Assembly: GCA_902626505.1 (NCBI GenBank)
Contig: CACOFQ010000002.1
Span: 11,409 to 75,408, forward strand
Direction: 5' to 3'
Source of the DNA: an uncultured Marinoscillum sp.
GTDB taxonomy: Bacteria; Bacteroidota; Bacteroidia; Cytophagales; MED-G16
Length of the DNA: 64,000 nt
Position numbers and translations under genes: made by a program. The notes under the pieces were generated by a model. That model was not told where the DNA came from. It worked only from the letters and a program-made list of their open reading frames with translations, and made no database searches. Shown piece by piece: positions 61,055-64,000 of this stretch. Position 1 is the first letter of the stretch. Every line of letters starts with the position of its first letter.

Positions 61055-62128
61055 ATGAGATTAAGTAATAAATTATCCCTATTCTCAATTTTAATATTTC
61101 TATTTACTTGTAGCGATAAAGATGATGACATATTACCATATCCAGATGAGGAGACAGTTCATGAATTTGAGCTTCATTCTAATAATAGGGTTTCATCTCT
61201 TTTAATGACTCAAAGTGAATATAATAGTTGGCTAAATAATGATGATTTTTCTAATGGAAATAAAAGGCATGAACTTTTTATGGATATCTATAAAAAATTT
61301 CCAGATAAATACGATTTCATTTTTTTAGTTTTAAATGAAGAATCAAAGCCTCCTTCTCCATCATATTTTGGAAGATTAATTGGAGTTTCAAATGATATAG
61401 AAGGCATAGGTTTAAATTTATATGATAATTCATCCGAATATGGATCTTCAGGAAAGTTAAAAGCTGTAATGCAACTTTCTGCTCTTGAATTTATAAAATA
61501 TGGACCAGCTTTACATGAAATTGCTCATAATTGGGCTAATTTTTCTCTTTCAACTCATTCAGTAAATGGTACAGGATCAAACCTATCTTCATATCCTTAT
61601 GGTAGTCATTGGGGATTTACAGGGGGAACCAATTTTGAAGGTGGAGGTAAGGGTCAGCTCGGTGGGTTTAGTCAAAGTTCTTTAATTGAACATGGTGATA
61701 ATTTCTATAGTGTTGAACCTTTTGGTCCAAATGCAAATGGAGGTAATGGTATTCCATATAACGAGTTAGAATTATATCTTATGGGTATGATACCTATTTC
61801 ATCAGTTTCAAATTTTGATATGTTTACCGACATAACTTCTTTTAATATTAGTGAGTCATCTTATGATTTTATTGCTAATTCAAGAACCACCTTTGATCCA
61901 AAATCTTTAGAGGACTTATTAGGAAAAAGAATTCCAAATAATAATAATTCTCAGAAAAATTTTAAGCTTCTTGTAGTTGTCCTAACAGATAATCCACTTA
62001 CTGAGGAGGAGTGGAATAAAGTTGATGCTACTGCAGAATGGTTTTCAAGAAATGAAGATGACGGAACTAGTTTGTATAATTTTTGGGAAGCAACAAATGG
62101 ATTAGGTTCTATAACTATCGAAAATTAA
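61055..62128 (+). CDS. Lipoprotein with HExxH zinc-metallopeptidase-like motif, family unassigned
   Basis: Lipobox LFTCSD. HEIAH at 61514..61528 followed by GSHWGF (possible third ligand). Gly/Asn-rich loops. No family assignment possible by eye. Confidence 0.5.
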   Translation: MRLSNKLSLFSILIFLFTCSDKDDDILPYPDEETVHEFELHSNNRVSSLLMTQSEYNSWLNNDDFSNGNKRHELFMDIYKKFPDKYDFIFLVLNEESKPPSPSYFGRLIGVSNDIEGIGLNLYDNSSEYGSSGKLKAVMQLSALEFIKYGPALHEIAHNWANFSLSTHSVNGTGSNLSSYPYGSHWGFTGGTNFEGGGKGQLGGFSQSSLIEHGDNFYSVEPFGPNANGGNGIPYNELELYLMGMIPISSVSNFDMFTDITSFNISESSYDFIANSRTTFDPKSLEDLLGKRIPNNNNSQKNFKLLVVVLTDNPLTEEEWNKVDATAEWFSRNEDDGTSLYNFWEATNGLGSITIEN

Positions 62129-62664
62129 CCTAATTTTTCTATAACAATATTGTGGTTTGTATATATACATATATCTGCAGCAATTGTTAAACTTTTTTTT
62201 ACAATTTCTTCTGAGGTAAGCTTTTTATTATTTTCTTTAATAGCTATTGCAGCTGCTTGAGCATACATACTTCCAGATCCAATTGTGGCTATATTATTAT
62301 CTGGTTCAAGCACATCACCTGTCCCAGAAATTATGAGAATTTGATTAGTATCAGCAACTATCATCATTGCCTCTAATCTTCTAAGGTATCTGTCCATTCT
62401 CCAATCTTTAGCAAGTTCTATAGCTGATCTTTTCATATTGCCACCATATTTACTTAGTTTCTCTTCAAACCTCTCAATTAGTGTAAAAGCATCAGCGGTT
62501 GAACCAGCGAATCCAGCTAGAATTTTGCCTTCATTTAAAACTCTAATTTTATTAACATTACTTTTAGCAACAGTGTTACCCATTGTTGCCTGGCCATCAG
62601 CGCCGATAGCGATCATGCCATCTTTAAGTACAGCACATACAGTTGTTGATTTAAATTTACTCAT
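62125..62664 (-). CDS. hslV: ATP-dependent protease peptidase subunit HslV (CodW-like N-terminus)
   Basis: [12 protein letters not shown]...GDGQAT...[10 protein letters not shown]...GSGS pattern. The short N-terminal extension before TT resembles B. subtilis CodW (MSSFHATTIFAV). Confidence 0.88.
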   Translation of the reverse strand: MSKFKSTTVCAVLKDGMIAIGADGQATMGNTVAKSNVNKIRVLNEGKILAGFAGSTADAFTLIERFEEKLSKYGGNMKRSAIELAKDWRMDRYLRRLEAMMIVADTNQILIISGTGDVLEPDNNIATIGSGSMYAQAAAIAIKENNKKLTSEEIVKKSLTIAADICIYTNHNIVIEKLG

Positions 62665-62667
62665 AAC

Positions 62668-63963
62668 TTAAACTAAAATTTTGATTGGATCTTCTACAAG
62701 TTCTTTTAATGTTTGAAGAAAAGCAGCACCTAATGCTCCATCTACAATTCTATGGTCACATGATAGAGTAACCTTCATTATATTTCCTGGTACAATTTCT
62801 CCATTCTTTATAATTGGAGTGTTTTTAATTCCTCCAACCGCTAAAATACAAGAGTCATTTGGGTTTATAATTGCTGTAAATTCCTCAATCCCAAACATTC
62901 CAAGATTTGATATGGTAAACGTATTACCTTCCCATTCAGATGGTTGAAGTTGTTTGGTTTTTGCTTTAGTTGCTAATGATTTTACTTCTGCAGATATGTG
63001 AGATAGTGATTTATTGTCAGCAAATCTAATTACTGGAACTAAAAGACCCTCATCAACTGCAACTGCTACGCCTATATGAACATGATGATTAATTCTTATT
63101 TTATCAGTTAAAAAACTTGAATTCACCATTGGATGTTTTCTAAGAGCTACTGCACAAGCTTTAAGTATTATATCATTAAATGAAATTTTAATTTCAGATG
63201 TTTCATTAATTTTTTTTCGTCCCTCAATACAATTATCCATATTTATTTCCATAGTTAAGTAGAAATGTGGGGCAGTGAATTTACTTTCAGCTAATCTCTT
63301 AGAAATTGTTTTTCTCATTTGAGATACAGGAATTTCATCATACGATTCTTTAGAATGTATTTTTGGTAATGCAATCTCTTTTTGATTGGACTTCGGATCT
63401 GTATCTTGAACACCTGAAAAACTTTCAATATCTTTTTTAATAATTCTTCCACCTTCTCCAGACCCTAAAACATTAGATAAGTTGACCCCTTTTTCCTGGG
63501 CTAATTTTTTTGCTAGAGGAGAGGCTTTTATTCTACTTTTATTTTCTATTATAATTTCATCAACAGAAATTTCATTTATTTCTAATTTATCATCACTTAC
63601 CTTTTCTTCAACTTTAGGTGTTTCATTATTATCAACTAAAGTTTCATTTTCTTTTACTTCAGAAATAGGATTATCTTCAGTTTTATTTTTGTCTAATTCA
63701 TCTAAGATTTTTTTTACATCTTCATTTTTATCTCCTATTATGGCAATTACTCCATCAACTGGTACAGAATCACCATCTTTTACACCTATATGCAGTAAGG
63801 TTCCATCATCATATGACTCTAATTCCATAGTTGCCTTATCAGTTTCAACTTCGGCTAATATGTCTCCAGATTTTACTTGATCTCCAACTTTTTTTAACCA
63901 AGACGCAATGACACCCTCTTCCATCGTATCACTCATCTTGGGCATTCTGATTATTTCAGCCAT
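62668..63963 (-). CDS. pdhC: Dihydrolipoamide acetyltransferase (E2) of a 2-oxoacid (probably pyruvate) dehydrogenase complex
   Basis: Lipoyl domain with ETDKATME, E3/E1-binding domain ASPLAKKLAQEKGVNLS, catalytic DHRIVDG. The track start at 63981 is TTG; ATG at 63963 (MAEIIRMPKMSDTMEEG) is preferred. Confidence 0.9.
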   Translation of the reverse strand: MAEIIRMPKMSDTMEEGVIASWLKKVGDQVKSGDILAEVETDKATMELESYDDGTLLHIGVKDGDSVPVDGVIAIIGDKNEDVKKILDELDKNKTEDNPISEVKENETLVDNNETPKVEEKVSDDKLEINEISVDEIIIENKSRIKASPLAKKLAQEKGVNLSNVLGSGEGGRIIKKDIESFSGVQDTDPKSNQKEIALPKIHSKESYDEIPVSQMRKTISKRLAESKFTAPHFYLTMEINMDNCIEGRKKINETSEIKISFNDIILKACAVALRKHPMVNSSFLTDKIRINHHVHIGVAVAVDEGLLVPVIRFADNKSLSHISAEVKSLATKAKTKQLQPSEWEGNTFTISNLGMFGIEEFTAIINPNDSCILAVGGIKNTPIIKNGEIVPGNIMKVTLSCDHRIVDGALGAAFLQTLKELVEDPIKILV

Positions 63964-64000
63964 ATTTTTATTTTTGCTCAAATTTAACCCAAAAATTTTT

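Noticed and set aside
1-64000. CRISPR arrays, IS elements, prophage or integrative elements, toxin-antitoxin pairs, rRNA genes
   Set aside because: I scanned the intergenic regions, all of which are shorter than about 200 bp apart from the rnpB locus, together with the ORF translations. There were no direct-repeat/spacer arrays, no transposase, integrase or phage motifs, and no rRNA-like GC-rich segments.

Overview
This is an AT-rich (roughly 30% G+C by eye), extremely gene-dense chromosomal segment. It looks like a streamlined marine Bacteroidota/Flavobacteriia genome. The evidence for that is a short sigma-A type RpoD, T9SS type A and type B C-terminal sorting domains, a fused E1 alpha/beta 2-oxoacid dehydrogenase, TAnnTTTG -7 promoter boxes and an ExbB-x-ExbD-ExbD cluster.

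I can support about 60 protein genes, nearly all core housekeeping:
- purB, rpoD, ilvE, prfB, rsgA, waaA and engB.
- The block accC-accB-efp-fabH-rpmF-yceD-pdxA.
- rsmA, mgtE, greA, ruvC, tatD, ald, tsaD, smpB, crcB, msrB, rsmE and hslV.
- A PDH E2 gene.

The ORF track misses several things:
- tRNA-Ser(GGA) and tRNA-Lys(UUU).
- An RNase P RNA on the minus strand, hidden under a spurious 5' extension of the tsaD ORF.
- The programmed +1 frameshift of prfB (CTT TGA C at 10793..10799).
- A 40-codon lipoprotein-like ORF.
- About ten genes whose longest-ORF start is a TTG/GTG extension upstream of a better ATG. I corrected these.

I found no CRISPR array, transposase, integrase, prophage or recognisable defence island, and I see no compelling evidence for a wholly new system. 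The least ordinary content is:
- Three large paralogous Asp-box (BNR)/sortilin-like propeller proteins. One of them heads a tight three-gene unit with a DUF1080 protein and an HExxH lipoprotein.
- A CMO/GbcA-like Rieske oxygenase next to a CrtI-like flavoprotein and an NhaC transporter.
- A genome-architecture signal: every convergent gene junction has 4 nt of spacer or less, and many share palindromic TTAA/CTAG stop codons.

All functional calls come from reading motifs by eye. No searches were run.
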